Source: Trueperaceae bacterium
Lineage (GTDB): Bacteria; Deinococcota; Deinococci; Deinococcales; Trueperaceae
Assembly: GCA_965213925.1 (NCBI GenBank)
Contig: CBDCAM010000001.1
Span: forward strand, 1 to 64,000
Direction of reading: 5' to 3'
DNA: 64,000 bases
In this document: positions 17,647 to 28,081 of the stretch, piece by piece
Numbering within the stretch: position 1 is the stretch's first letter
Layout of the letters: every line of letters begins with the position of its first letter
Notes under the pieces: model-generated
The model's input: only the letters and a program-made list of their open reading frames with translations
Databases searched by the model: none
What the model was told of the DNA's origin: nothing
Made by a program: the position numbers and the translations under genes

Positions 17647-18537
17647 GAGACTGTAAAGTTGTGCTGGAGTTATGGCGAACGCCGAGGGGCTGGTACGTCG
17701 AGTTTCATCCCCTACACCGCTCCAGCCGTGGTTCGCAGCTCCGCCGCCAGCCACGAGAAGGTCGCCACCTCTGACTTTGAACGCTCGTGAACCGAACTTG
17801 GTGCGCGCTGATGCGGTGGGCGGACGTCGCCGCGCCGCCTGAGCGAGTTCGATGCCCTCCAGCAAGCGCTGCCCGGTTTCGACAGAGGCTAAGCTGCGCA
17901 TCGGCCGTGTCCGGTCCTTGACCGGGACATGTGAGCGTTCGACCGGCTTGGTGGTGAGCGCCCGCTTACGGTGGAACCCGGTGCGGCGGTGCTTCGCCTT
18001 TGGCGCGTGGCGTTTCATTGCCCGAAGGTAACCACGATGCTTGTCGGTGGTAACCTCGTCGGGCACAACACCGCGGCGTTCAATCGCCTGTTCAGAAAAC
18101 GCTTCGGCGCTCTCCGGGTCGCGTTTCTCGCGCAACAATATGTCCATGACTTGTCCCGTCTCGTCCACGAACCAGCACGAGCCGACCCGCCTGGCGTACC
18201 TCCTTGCCGCTTCGGCTAAGAGCATGCCGAACTTCTGTACCCAGTCCGCTACCGTCTGCTGGGACACGTCCGTTCCACGCTCGGCCAGCCTTCGCGGACG
18301 TTCGCGGCTGAAAGCCGGTAGCGGAAGTACCAGCGTACGGCCATCATAATCACGTCCTGGGGCCAGCGGTGCTTCGTGAAGGGCGTGCCGGTGCGGTCGG
18401 TGAAGCTGTGCCTGCACGCCGAGCAGCGGTAGCGCTGTTTCTTGGCGCGGTCTCGTCCGTCTTTATGGGTCCTGGTGCTTGAGCAGTGGGGGCAAGCTGG
18501 CATGCCCGACCCTACCCCAGCACAACTTTGCAGTCTC
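17647..18537 (-). mobile_element. Degenerate IS6-family element (zinc-ribbon type); transposase from ATG 18503 is frameshifted and internally deleted
   Basis: 21-bp IRs GAGACTG(T/C)AAAGTTGTGCTGG at 17647-17667 and 18517-18537; CPHC...CSAC N-terminus; frameshift near 18295; WFVDET joined directly to GQVMDIL. Confidence 0.82.
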
Positions 18538-18580
18538 CGGTTGCGCGCTCGCTTGCATGCCCTCTCCTTAAGTGTTCGCT

Positions 18581-18991
18581 TCAAGTGTTAGTAGGCGGGA
18601 TGATTTTTACGGACGGGTCCCCGCGTAGGGCCTGTTCGGCCCCGGCGGGCGCGTAGACGACGATGAGGCGCATCGGCTCGCCCCCGCGGTTGACGGTCGC
18701 GTGGTAGACGCCCTGGGGAATCCAGATGCAGTCCCCGGCTTTGACCCGTACCGTTTCCTGGTCGTCCAACATCTGGTCGCCTTCGCCCGACAACACGTAG
18801 ATAACTTCGTCCGCCGCCGGGTGATGATGCCGCACGTGCCCCTGATCGGGGTGAAGCTCTACGTAGCCGAAGCTAAACGACCTTGCGCCGGTCACGTTTT
18901 CCTCGCTCAACATGCGGATGTCTCCCCAGTCGAAGACGAGCGTGTCGACGTCTTCTTCTCTTGTTACCGTGCAGCGGCCTATCTCTTTCAT
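18581..18991 (-). CDS. Cupin-domain protein
   Basis: HHHPAADEVIYVLSGEG and GDCIWIPQGVYH cupin motifs; GAGGA RBS. Confidence 0.88.
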   Translation of the reverse strand: MKEIGRCTVTREEDVDTLVFDWGDIRMLSEENVTGARSFSFGYVELHPDQGHVRHHHPAADEVIYVLSGEGDQMLDDQETVRVKAGDCIWIPQGVYHATVNRGGEPMRLIVVYAPAGAEQALRGDPSVKIIPPTNT

Positions 18992-19004
18992 GTGTCCTCA
19001 ACTC

Positions 19005-19034
19005 TGACCTACACTCTGATGACCTACACTTTGA
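19005..19034. repeat. 15-bp tandem duplication at a gene end
   Basis: TGACCTACACT(C/T)TGA x2. Confidence 0.75.
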
Positions 19035-19596
19035 TGGCTTTGAACCGGGCGGCCTGGGTCTCGATGGCCTTTTCGGTGGCGAGGCGTTCGATGCTCGAGG
19101 CCCCGAAAAAGCCCACCACGCCGTTGATACGCTCGAGCACGTACTGCGCGTCCTCGGGTTCGGCGATGGGGCCGCCGTGACAAATCACCATCACGTCGTC
19201 TCTCACCGCTTTGGCGGCGTCGTGGACGGCCTGGATTCGCTCGGCGCTCTCGTCTAGAGTCAGCGCGGTGGTGGCGCCGATGGAGCCTTTGGTGGTCAAC
19301 CCCATATGGGCGACGAGCAGGTCCGCGCCCGCCCGGGTCATCTTGACGGCGTCTTCCGGGCCGAACACGTAAGGGCAGGTGAGGAGGTCCAGGTCGTGCG
19401 CTTGCTGGATCATGTCGACCTCGAGGTCGTAACCCATGCCCGTCTCCTCCAAGCCGGTGCGCAAGCTGCCGTCGATGAGGCCGACCGTCGGGAAGTTCTG
19501 TACCCCGTCGAAGCCCGCCGCCTTGACCTCTCCTAGAAAGCGCGGCATGAGCCGGAAGGGATCGGTGCCGCAGACGCCCGCCAAAACGAGCGTATG
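19024..19596 (-). pseudogene. 5'-truncated TIM-barrel signal transduction / PEP-hydrolase-like protein
   Basis: [31 protein letters not shown] and GFFGASS.ERL motifs; in-frame stop immediately upstream, N-terminal part absent. Confidence 0.8.
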
Positions 19597-19808
19597 CTAT
19601 GCGGGAAGTATACAACAACTGGCTAAGTCGGGTAAGGGAGATGTTACCGCAGGAACCGAAGACGAGACGGGTGAGCCTGGTGAACTTAGTAGTGGGTATT
19701 TTTTAGCAAAAGCGTACACTAGTGGGTCATCCGTCACGGTTGTAGCCAATGAGGGCTAGGGGTGCTAAAGTAGGTGCTGTCAACTTAGGCAGTAAATAAG
19801 GAGTCGGC

Positions 19809-20033
19809 ATGGCGCGTCCACCTAAAGACCCGTTACGGCCTTTGAGCTTAGAAGAACGTCAAACCCTGGAACAGCTCAGTCGTTCTTTGCGTGAAAGCGC
19901 GGCTAAAGTGGCTCGCGCCAAAGCTTTGCTCTGGGTTGCCGAGGGGAAAATCTATAGCGAGGCCGCACGTTTGGTCGGACGTAAGTCGGGCGACGCGGTT
20001 GCCAAGGAGAGCACAAAAAAGCGTGGGAGGTAG
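19809..20033 (+). pseudogene. IS630-family transposase N-terminal fragment
   Basis: [12 protein letters not shown]...ERQTL...RAKALL HTH start, then truncated; possible terminus TA-CACTAGTGGGTCAT near 19715. Confidence 0.6.
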
Positions 20034-20062
20034 TTGAGGGCGCACCTTTCTATATGATGCGC

Positions 20063-20684
20063 GGCCTTGTCACGTTAACTTCTTCTAACCACGCTAATTA
20101 GGGTTTTCTGGTGTAAACAGGCACGTCTACTTATGCGGGTGCTGCCAGCTCGGCAACTTCACCCCAGATCGAGAACCGCTCGCGCATCTTCTGGCGGTAA
20201 TAGCTAGCTTTGAGGAGGTGGCGGGGCGGGCGGAAGTGGGTATTGAGGGGTTCGAACACGGACAGGAAGCGCCCTGCATGGCCGGAGGACTTGAAGCGCT
20301 GGAGCGCCCGTTCTCGTCGCCTGGTCCGCTGGTGCGAACACTCAACCCGGTTGTTAAGGTAGCGGCTCTGGCGATGCTCGGTCCGGGGCAACAGCTCTTT
20401 AAGCGCCGCTCCGTAGCTGCGTAGTTTATCCGTAACAACCACCCTCGGTTTAGCGTGAGCCCGGAGCAATTTGCGAAAAAAGCGCTTGGCCGCACGCTTA
20501 TCGCGCTTGCTCGTCACCAGGATGTCGAGCGTGTTGCCTTCTTGATCCACGGCCCGCCATAAGTAGCGCCTTTCACCGTTGATGCTCAAGAAAACCTCGT
20601 CGACGTGCCATTTGTTTCCTGGTTGCGCCCTGCGACACTTGAGCCTCCTTGCATGTTCGCCCCCGAACTTCAAACACCAGCGCC
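20063..20684 (-). mobile_element. 5'-truncated IS6 copy, close paralog of the 16869-17570 transposase
   Basis: Near-identical protein from KFGGE onward (ORF 20131-20673); IR GGCCTTGTCACGTTAAC at 20063-20079. Confidence 0.88.
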
Positions 20685-20760
20685 GTCGTTAACGCTTGAG
20701 CGTAGCGCACCTGCCCCAGCTAGAGTAGGAATGTGCCAGTCTGGTACAGGCTCTAAGGCC

Positions 20761-21694
20761 GGTTCTGGCAGGACTCGTTATGGGAGCGTGTTAGCCTTGC
20801 CCGATGACCTGCCCCCACTGCTCCCATGACCAGACAAGAGACCTCCAACAACCAACGAAACTCGGTTATAAACGCTACCGCTGTGATGGCTGCGGTAGGA
20901 CGTTTAACGAGAGAACGGGGAGCGCTTACAACTTTCTCGAGTTTCCGACCGACATCGTGCTGCTCGTGGTTCTTTGGCGGCTCAGGTATAACCTCACGCT
21001 TAGAGACCTCTCCGAGATGTTTCTGGAGCGAGGCTTTGTATTTACCCATGAAGCGGTCAGGGAATGGGAGAGGCGTTTCGCCCCTATCATGGCCGAGGAG
21101 CTGAGGAAACGGCGTAGCGGCAACCGGGCTAAGAAGTGGCATGTGGACGAGACGTATCTGAAGGTCAAGGGCAAGTGGTGCTACCTCTACCGAGCTACCG
21201 ATAAAGAGGGCAACCTTGTTGACGTGTGGCTGAGCAAAAAGCGCGATATGGAGGCGGCCAAGCGGTTCTTCGAGAAGGCGCGCTCTACCGCAGGCGAACC
21301 TCCCGAAAAGGTCACCACCGACGGTCATGACGCCTATCCTCGCGCTGTTCGAGAAACGCTGGGAGAGAAGGTTCAGCACCGCACCAGCCGCTACCTGAAC
21401 AACCGGCTCGAGCAAGACCACAGAGGTATCAAGGGTCGCTATAAGGGAATGCGAGGCTTCAAGAACTTCAACTCCGCCTCAAGGTTCTGCAACGCCTATG
21501 ATGGATTAAGGGACTACTTCAGGCCGCGAAGCCGTCCTTACGAAACTCTACCCCTTCCCGAGCAGCGCAGCCTCTACCTCACAAGGACGCAGTCGCTGAT
21601 GGCTGCTGTGGGAGGAATGTAGCCAGGCGTTTTTGGTGAAGCAGAGAAATGAAGTGTCCGCTCTGCTTCTGCCTGAGCCAGTTCTGACAGAACC
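20761..21694 (+). mobile_element. IS6-family element
   Basis: IRs GGTTCTGGCAGGACT / GGTTCTGTCAGAACT (13/15 match). Confidence 0.8.
20804..21622 (+). CDS. IS6-family transposase with N-terminal zinc ribbon
   Basis: CPHC...CDGC, WHVDETY, YLYRA.D, TTDG and NNRLEQDHR motifs. Confidence 0.92.
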   Translation: MTCPHCSHDQTRDLQQPTKLGYKRYRCDGCGRTFNERTGSAYNFLEFPTDIVLLVVLWRLRYNLTLRDLSEMFLERGFVFTHEAVREWERRFAPIMAEELRKRRSGNRAKKWHVDETYLKVKGKWCYLYRATDKEGNLVDVWLSKKRDMEAAKRFFEKARSTAGEPPEKVTTDGHDAYPRAVRETLGEKVQHRTSRYLNNRLEQDHRGIKGRYKGMRGFKNFNSASRFCNAYDGLRDYFRPRSRPYETLPLPEQRSLYLTRTQSLMAAVGGM

Positions 21695-22033
21695 GGCTGG
21701 GGCGCAGTGATGTGCCCCGGCTACCCGCCACAACCGCGCGCAGCTGCACAGCTCGCTCAACTACGAAACACCCGACACTTTCGAGCTGTGCCAGCAATGT
21801 GCCAGCAAAAGGAGAAACTGGTGGTGAGCCTAACCGCTTAACGGTATACTTCGAGTGTCCAAGGTTTTAAGCCAAGCCCAGGTTGCTATTTCCATCCCAG
21901 GTGTCGCTACGCCAAAGACAGGTGCAAAGCAGAAATACCCATGCTAAGAGAGGTCGCTCCTGGTCATTTCGCAGCTTGTCACTATTCGGAGAGGCTCGAG
22001 CTGAGAGGGGTCGCGAGGCAGGAGGGTTAACTG

Positions 22034-23836
22034 ATGCCTATGGATAAGCACAAAGTCGCTACACAGGTCTCACCTCGAGATATCGATATGGAGCTTCGCC
22101 GACGGATGGAGAGACAGCTTCCTCAGACGCACCTCCTCGTCGACTACTACCGCATCCGTCGGCGCATCGCCTATCCCCTCCCCATAAGCGAGCTGACCTT
22201 TCCAAGTTCTAAACCGCGTGGGTTTGAAAACTACCCGTGGGGTATTTGGTTGAGCTGGTCGTTGGAAGAGCGCATCATGGCTTTAGGTTGGGCGGGAACG
22301 TGGTTCCAGAATGAGCGGGCGCGTGAGGTGGTGCGTAGAGATATCGAGGGATTAGCACGTCTGCCGTGGGACGCTTCATTTGCAGATTTGCCAGCTCTTA
22401 CTCTTATCCTTGCTCACCTATCGCGGACGCTCAGCGTGGCTCACAGGGAGTGGGGGTGGATAGGGGAGCGGCGTGAGGCCGTAGAGAACGCTCTGAACAA
22501 AATGGTCGATGTGGGCGTTGCGCTCTGGGGTGAGAAGATCGCCTCTTTGCTCGAGGTTTCGCAGGTTCTCTCGCAACCGTCCCCACACAATGAACTCCAC
22601 AACTTCACCATCATCCGCGCCGTAGGTTTATGCTTAGCTGCCAGACGCGTCGGCCATCCGAAATTGACGGTCCTCGACCAGCATCTTCGTGCGCTAATAA
22701 ACACGCTCTTCGAGCTTAGGAAAAAGGGGCACAGCGAAGGCGTAGGCTACGATGGATACATTTTAGATTTCGTTGTCTCTTACCTACAAGAACTTTCCGA
22801 GCCGCAGCGCGAATCTTTTCTCGATCAGGCGGCGCTCTCAGGCTTTTTCGAGCAATCTCTCTGGCTGGCCGCGCCTGGAAAGATGAGCGAAGTCGCCGAG
22901 ATTGGAGACGTCGAACCGGAAGAGATGACCTTTCACGCCTCTGCTCAGGCAAAGTTGCAGCGTTTTCGTCCTCACCCGCGGCGTGCCTGGTATCTCAAAC
23001 GGTACCCGTTGAGTTTGCTGCGAGCAGATGCGTTAGCAGCCTTGAGGATGCTCAAAGATGACGTTACGCCAGAAGAACCTGCCGCCGGAGTCTACCAGGG
23101 TTGCTACACTGTGGTTATGCGCAACGGTTGGGAACCCGACGATGCGGCGGTTTGCATGTCGTCGGGGAGCGTCCATATGTCTCACCTTCACGCCGATACG
23201 GGCACGCTCGTCATCGGTACGGCCGGGCTGTGGATGGTAACCGACCCCGGCTATCAGCAGTATCTCAGAACGTCGGAACGCACCTTCACGCTCGGTCCTA
23301 CAGCGCACAACATCCCTGTTATCAACGGTCATCCCCAACAACGGAGAATCAATCTGCCAGCCACCGTAGAGAGGCTTTCAGACGATCTTTACATGGCTCA
23401 TCAGGATTTAACGGCTTGCTATCCGGACGACCTCGACCTCGAGGCTGCCGAGCGTCGCGTCTGGCTGGCAGGCAAACATCTCGTGGTGGTGGCTGACCGT
23501 GTCGTCGGTGATGCTCCGTATCGTCTCGAGTATCACTGGCATGGTCATTCCAGCCTATCCTGGTGGGTGCAGGACGGCTGGGCGACCCTGTATGATGAGA
23601 CGACAGCCAAAGCTTTGTGGTTGACCTCACCGCAGGCAACCATCACGAACGCGTGCGTGGATAAGCTGCCGGGTTCGCGCGGGCAACTGACACTGTCTGT
23701 AACGGTAGAACCAACGTCTTCCTATGTATGGTGGATTTTTTCAATTGGCGAAGAGGCGCTATCGTACAACTACAGCGACGACTATAATGAAGCCGCAACC
23801 CTCCACATCGACTCGCTCACCTTCGGAGTTCCGTAA
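22034..23836 (+). CDS. Heparinase II/III-like (alpha/alpha toroid plus beta-sandwich) protein
   Basis: HN...EG..YDGY, HLHADTG, DPG and AHN motifs; GGAGGG RBS. Confidence 0.7.
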   Translation: MPMDKHKVATQVSPRDIDMELRRRMERQLPQTHLLVDYYRIRRRIAYPLPISELTFPSSKPRGFENYPWGIWLSWSLEERIMALGWAGTWFQNERAREVVRRDIEGLARLPWDASFADLPALTLILAHLSRTLSVAHREWGWIGERREAVENALNKMVDVGVALWGEKIASLLEVSQVLSQPSPHNELHNFTIIRAVGLCLAARRVGHPKLTVLDQHLRALINTLFELRKKGHSEGVGYDGYILDFVVSYLQELSEPQRESFLDQAALSGFFEQSLWLAAPGKMSEVAEIGDVEPEEMTFHASAQAKLQRFRPHPRRAWYLKRYPLSLLRADALAALRMLKDDVTPEEPAAGVYQGCYTVVMRNGWEPDDAAVCMSSGSVHMSHLHADTGTLVIGTAGLWMVTDPGYQQYLRTSERTFTLGPTAHNIPVINGHPQQRRINLPATVERLSDDLYMAHQDLTACYPDDLDLEAAERRVWLAGKHLVVVADRVVGDAPYRLEYHWHGHSSLSWWVQDGWATLYDETTAKALWLTSPQATITNACVDKLPGSRGQLTLSVTVEPTSSYVWWIFSIGEEALSYNYSDDYNEAATLHIDSLTFGVP

Positions 23837-23864
23837 GCGTGCAAAGCGCGAAAGGTAGGTATCT

Positions 23865-25196
23865 ATGACGTTACCTAACACCACTCGACCTGACACCACT
23901 CGACCTGACACCACTCGACCTGACACCACCGAGCCCCTAGCCATCCTCGGCGGCGTGAGGGCCGTACCGGAAGGGAACGCGCACAAGCGCCTTTTTCACT
24001 GGCCGATCGTCACCGAAGAGGATGAACAGGCGGTCCTCGAGGTGCTGAGAAGTGGCACCATGTCGGGTACGGAACTCACAAAAAGGTTTGAAGCGGAGTT
24101 CGCGCAGTTTATGGGTGTCGAACACGCCCTCGCGCACTGCAACGGAACGATGGCGCTGCTCGCCGCGATGTACGCGGTCGGCTTGGGGCGGGGCGACGAA
24201 CTCATCTGTCCGAGCGTCACCTACTGGGCGAGCGCCCTGCCAGCTTTTTCGCTGGGGGCCACCGTCGTTTTCGCCGACATCGACCCGCGGACGCTCTGCC
24301 TCGACCCGGACGACCTCGAGCGCCACATCACCCCACATACCAAAGCCATCATGGTGGTGCATTATTGCGGTCATCCAGCAGACATGAACCGGGTCCTGGC
24401 GGTCGCACATAAGCACGGGCTAAAAGTGATTGAAGACGTTTCCCACGCGCATGGCACCTTGTACGAGGGGCGCATGTGCGGAACCTTTGGGGACGTAGCT
24501 GCCATGTCGATGATGGCGGGGAAGAGCTTGGCCGTAGGTGAGGGGGGCATGCTCGTCACGAACGATTCTGAAGTTTACGAACGTGCTATCGCTTTCGCGC
24601 ATTATGAACGCCACTCGAGCAGCTTGTCCCGCCCGGAATTACAGGCGCTGGCCGGTTTGCCCTTGGGGGCGGTCAAAGGTCGTATAAACCAGACTTGCTC
24701 GGCGATGGGGCGTACGCAGCTAAGACACTACCCGCGACGGATCGAGGAAATTCAGCGTGCGATGAACCGCTTCTGGAACCTTTTGGAAGAGGTTCCAGGT
24801 CTTCGGGCGCACCGCCCGGTCGACAAGGACAGTACGATGGGCGGGTGGTACAACCCGGTGGGTCATTACCTCCCTGAAGAGCTGGGCGGTCTGCCTGTTG
24901 CAAGGTTCATCGAAGCCGTCAACGCTGAAGGCGGCCGTTGCGGGCGTGGCGTGAATGCCCCCTTGCACCTGCATCCCGTTTTTAACGAAGCCGACGTTTT
25001 TGGTGACGGCAAACCGACCCGCATCGCTTTTGCGAACCGCGATGTTCGGCAACCCCCAGGGTCACTGCCGGTAGCCGAAGCGCTAGCGGAGCGGGCCTTC
25101 GGCATCCCCTGGTTTAAGCACGATGATCCCGACCTAATTGAACAATACGCCGCCGCCTACCGAAAGGTGGCGCTTCGGGCGAGCCAGCTTCAGTGA
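23865..25196 (+). CDS. DegT/DnrJ/EryC1/StrS-family aminotransferase
   Basis: LAILGG, VVHYCGHPADM, IEDVSHAHG and SMMAGKSLAVGEGG motifs. Confidence 0.92.
   Translation: MTLPNTTRPDTTRPDTTRPDTTEPLAILGGVRAVPEGNAHKRLFHWPIVTEEDEQAVLEVLRSGTMSGTELTKRFEAEFAQFMGVEHALAHCNGTMALLAAMYAVGLGRGDELICPSVTYWASALPAFSLGATVVFADIDPRTLCLDPDDLERHITPHTKAIMVVHYCGHPADMNRVLAVAHKHGLKVIEDVSHAHGTLYEGRMCGTFGDVAAMSMMAGKSLAVGEGGMLVTNDSEVYERAIAFAHYERHSSSLSRPELQALAGLPLGAVKGRINQTCSAMGRTQLRHYPRRIEEIQRAMNRFWNLLEEVPGLRAHRPVDKDSTMGGWYNPVGHYLPEELGGLPVARFIEAVNAEGGRCGRGVNAPLHLHPVFNEADVFGDGKPTRIAFANRDVRQPPGSLPVAEALAERAFGIPWFKHDDPDLIEQYAAAYRKVALRASQLQ
23878..23929 (+). repeat. 15-bp coding tandem repeat (TTRPD x3)
   Basis: ACACCACTCGACCTG x3 plus a partial copy. 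Confidence 0.9.
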
Positions 25197-25213
25197 GTCT
25201 GCGAGGCGTTAGC

Positions 25214-25413
25214 GTGGCTAAAGCGTCCATACCGGCCGAGCTTGCTATTGACGGCGGTACGAGGGTGACGCGGAGAGGCGCTACCCGATGATCTACATCA
25301 CGACGACCGACGCCCATCACTTCCGAATGGGCTTTCACGAAAACCTGACAGAGCGAGAAGGCGACGCCTCACTTTTGGCACTCGAGAAGGTCGAAAGGGC
25401 GTATCTCACTTGA
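25214..25413 (+). pseudogene. Internally deleted DegT-family aminotransferase (N- and C-termini only)
   Basis: GTG-AKASIPAELAIDGG joined out of frame to ...FHENLTEREGDASLLALEKVERAYLT*. Confidence 0.6.
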
Positions 25414-25682
25414 GGGATACCAATCTCTACGCCGACCTTTCCGCCGGGTCGGGTCTGAAAGCGTTGAGGCGTGACGTAAAACATACCCACGTCTTTTTAG
25501 AAACCTACGCCGACCGCTTGCTGTTCGGGCGTGACTACTACGGCGGTGAATCGCTCGAGTTTCTTCGGTCGCTAGAACTATCCCAGTCTGTTCGAGAGAA
25601 GATTTTTCATGAAAACGCCCTAAAGCTCGTCCCGTCAACCGGTGAGGAAACGCGAGCCGCACCGAGGCTCAGTTTAGGTTGA
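25414..25682 (+). pseudogene. C-terminal fragment of an amidohydrolase-2 protein
   Basis: NLYADLSAGS...DRLLFGRDYYG matches the C-terminus of 50535-51473. Confidence 0.8.
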
Positions 25683-25882
25683 CCTCGTGTGCGTGCCGAG
25701 CTTTTCCCACCATCGCGATGCACCTCGAGCCTCTTCGAAAGGAGGTGAGAAATGTTTGGCACAGCTCAGCACTGCCGCCGCTTTCGGCCATTCGGCTGAA
25801 AATGCGCCCGTTCACGTAAAAGGAAACGGAGGCTTTCTGTCGGAGAACACCCATCAAGCGTAGTCACCTCGAGGAGGAGAAG

Positions 25883-27814
25883 ATGATTAAGAGAGACCGC
25901 GAGTCCATAAGCTTTTGTAGATACAAGGTCGCAAATTGTGTGGTTTTGCTACTTCTCGCCATGTTCCTCAGCGTCACATTGGCTCAACCTTACAACGAAG
26001 CGCCAGCCCTCGCCGCTCAGGTAGAAGCGGGTGAACTGCCCCCGGTGGCGGAGCGCCTCCCCGCAGAACCGATGGTGCTCCCCGTGGTCGAAAGGATCGG
26101 CGAGTATGGCGGCACCTGGGATTCCGCTTCGGTCGGTGGGCTCGACCTGGGCTGGTTCATCAGGACGATGGGCTACGAAAACCTGTTCCGGTGGAATCAC
26201 GAGTGGACCGAAGTCATCCCCAACGTCGTGGAGTCGTATAGCGTCAACGACGACGCCACCGAGTACACCTTCAACCTGCGTGAGGGTATGCGTTGGAGCG
26301 ACGGAGAGCCCTTTACCTCCGAGGACATTATGTTCTGGTACGAAGATGTGTTCCTCAACGCCGACCTCAATCCCGGGCAGTCCGGGGAACTTTTCGGCGT
26401 GCCCCTCGAGGAGGTTCGAGCACCTGACGATACCACCGTCGTTTTCCGCTTCGGTACGCCCTTCGGCCTCTTTCTGGAAAACTTAGCGCACCCCAACTCC
26501 GCCTACTTCGTGCAGTACCCCGAACACCACATGAAGCAGTTTCACCCCGACTACGACCCCGAGAACGTCGAGAGGATTTTGGCGGAGGGTGAGTTCGCCG
26601 ACTGGCCCAGCCTCTTTCAGGCCAAGGGGGGGCTGGTAGGGCGCTGGGAAAACCTCGAGCTGCCCTCGCTCAACCCCTGGCTGATGACCGAAATGAGCGA
26701 TACACGCGCCGTTGCCGAGCGCAATCCGTACTACTGGAAGGTAGATGCGGAGGGAAATCAGCTTCCCTACATCGACCGGCTCGTGTTCCCGATCGTCGAT
26801 AACGCGGAGATAGCGGTGCTGCGCGCCCTGAACGGCGAAATCGACATGATGGATCGCCACATCGCACAGCTAAGTAACAAAGCGGTGTTCACAGACAACA
26901 TGGAGCGAGGCGGCTACCACTTTTTTAGAAAAGTGCCCGGCATCATGAACACCAGTGTGATGGCTTTCAACTTGACCCACAACGATCCCGTGCTGCGCGA
27001 GGTTTTTCAAAACAAAGACTTTCGCGCCGCGATGTCTCACGCGATCAATCGGCAAGAGATCATCGACCTCATCTACGTAGGGCAGGGAGAGCCTTGGCAG
27101 GCCGCACCCCGCCCCGAATCCCCCTTTTATCATGAGGAGCTGGCAAAACAGTACACCGAGTACGATCCGGAGCTTGCCAACGAGCTGTTGGATAGGCACT
27201 TTCCCGAGCGTGACGCCAGCGGTTTCCGACTCGGCCCCGATGGCGAACGCATCAGTTTCATTATCGAGTATGCAGACAGTTACCACCCGGAGTGGTCAGA
27301 CATCATGGAGCTGATCGTGCGCTACTGGCAAGATGTGGGTATCGACGCGCAAGCTCGCGTGCTCGACCGCGAGTTGTTTGTGACCCGTCGTTCTGCTAAC
27401 GAGCAGGACGTCAGCGTTTGGCAGGGCGACAGCGGCATGTTCGACGCTATTCTCAACCCGAGAGATTACCTCCCCACAAGTGCAGGAGGCTCGTCCTTCG
27501 GGATTCTTTGGGGACGGTGGTACGAAGGTGTCGAGGGGGGCGAGGAACCGCCCGCCGACGTCAAAGCTCACCTGGAGCTGTACGACCGCGTGCGGACGAG
27601 CGTGGGCGAAGAGCAGCAGGCGCTCATGGACGAACTTTTGGATGAAAGCGCCGAGCAGTTCTACAACATCGGCCTGGTCCTGCCCGGCGAATTGTACGGC
27701 ATCGTCAAAAACGACTTCCATAACGTTCCCGAGGTCATGTTCCAATCCTGGACCTATCCGGAGCCGGCGGCCACCAACCCTGAGCAGTACTTCATCGGCT
27801 CTCCTGAGCCGTAA
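25883..27814 (+). CDS. ABC substrate-binding protein, family 5 (no adjacent permease)
   Basis: EAP.LA..V..G.LPPV.ERLP, LREGMRWSDG and ERNPYYWKVD..GNQLPYID motifs; GAGGAGGAG RBS. Confidence 0.92.
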   Translation: MIKRDRESISFCRYKVANCVVLLLLAMFLSVTLAQPYNEAPALAAQVEAGELPPVAERLPAEPMVLPVVERIGEYGGTWDSASVGGLDLGWFIRTMGYENLFRWNHEWTEVIPNVVESYSVNDDATEYTFNLREGMRWSDGEPFTSEDIMFWYEDVFLNADLNPGQSGELFGVPLEEVRAPDDTTVVFRFGTPFGLFLENLAHPNSAYFVQYPEHHMKQFHPDYDPENVERILAEGEFADWPSLFQAKGGLVGRWENLELPSLNPWLMTEMSDTRAVAERNPYYWKVDAEGNQLPYIDRLVFPIVDNAEIAVLRALNGEIDMMDRHIAQLSNKAVFTDNMERGGYHFFRKVPGIMNTSVMAFNLTHNDPVLREVFQNKDFRAAMSHAINRQEIIDLIYVGQGEPWQAAPRPESPFYHEELAKQYTEYDPELANELLDRHFPERDASGFRLGPDGERISFIIEYADSYHPEWSDIMELIVRYWQDVGIDAQARVLDRELFVTRRSANEQDVSVWQGDSGMFDAILNPRDYLPTSAGGSSFGILWGRWYEGVEGGEEPPADVKAHLELYDRVRTSVGEEQQALMDELLDESAEQFYNIGLVLPGELYGIVKNDFHNVPEVMFQSWTYPEPAATNPEQYFIGSPEP

Positions 27815-27923
27815 GGTCGCAAGCTGGTTTTTCAGCGAGGGCGCTGAATTGCTCGAGTCGAGACTGGTTTGGCTGCCCCGTTCATAGCGTCTTTACGTTG
27901 AAGAGTGAGGGTTTCTAGACAAC

Positions 27924-27953
27924 CAGGAAGCGTCGTTTCGATGACGCTTCCTG
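27924..27953 (+). other. 13-bp stem-loop with TTCG loop 3' of the binding-protein gene
   Basis: CAGGAAGCGTCGT-TTCG-ATGACGCTTCCTG; no U-tract. Confidence 0.75.
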
Positions 27954-28081
27954 TTGCCAGATTTGCCATTCCTCACGCCGCCTACCTGCTAGGCGAAGCC
28001 CGTCTACAGGCGTCATAACGCATTCATGGGGATTTATCCCGCGACATCAACATGTCCATATAGGCTAAGACCATCAGACCA

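Noticed and set aside
16869..20684. Functional composite transposon carrying the cupin gene
   Set aside because: The copies are inverted, one lacks its 5' end and outer IR, and the other's outer IR is interrupted.
23878..23929. Short direct repeats as a possible CRISPR array (also 40963-41052)
   Set aside because: Units are adjacent with no spacers, lie in frame inside genes, and no cas genes are present.
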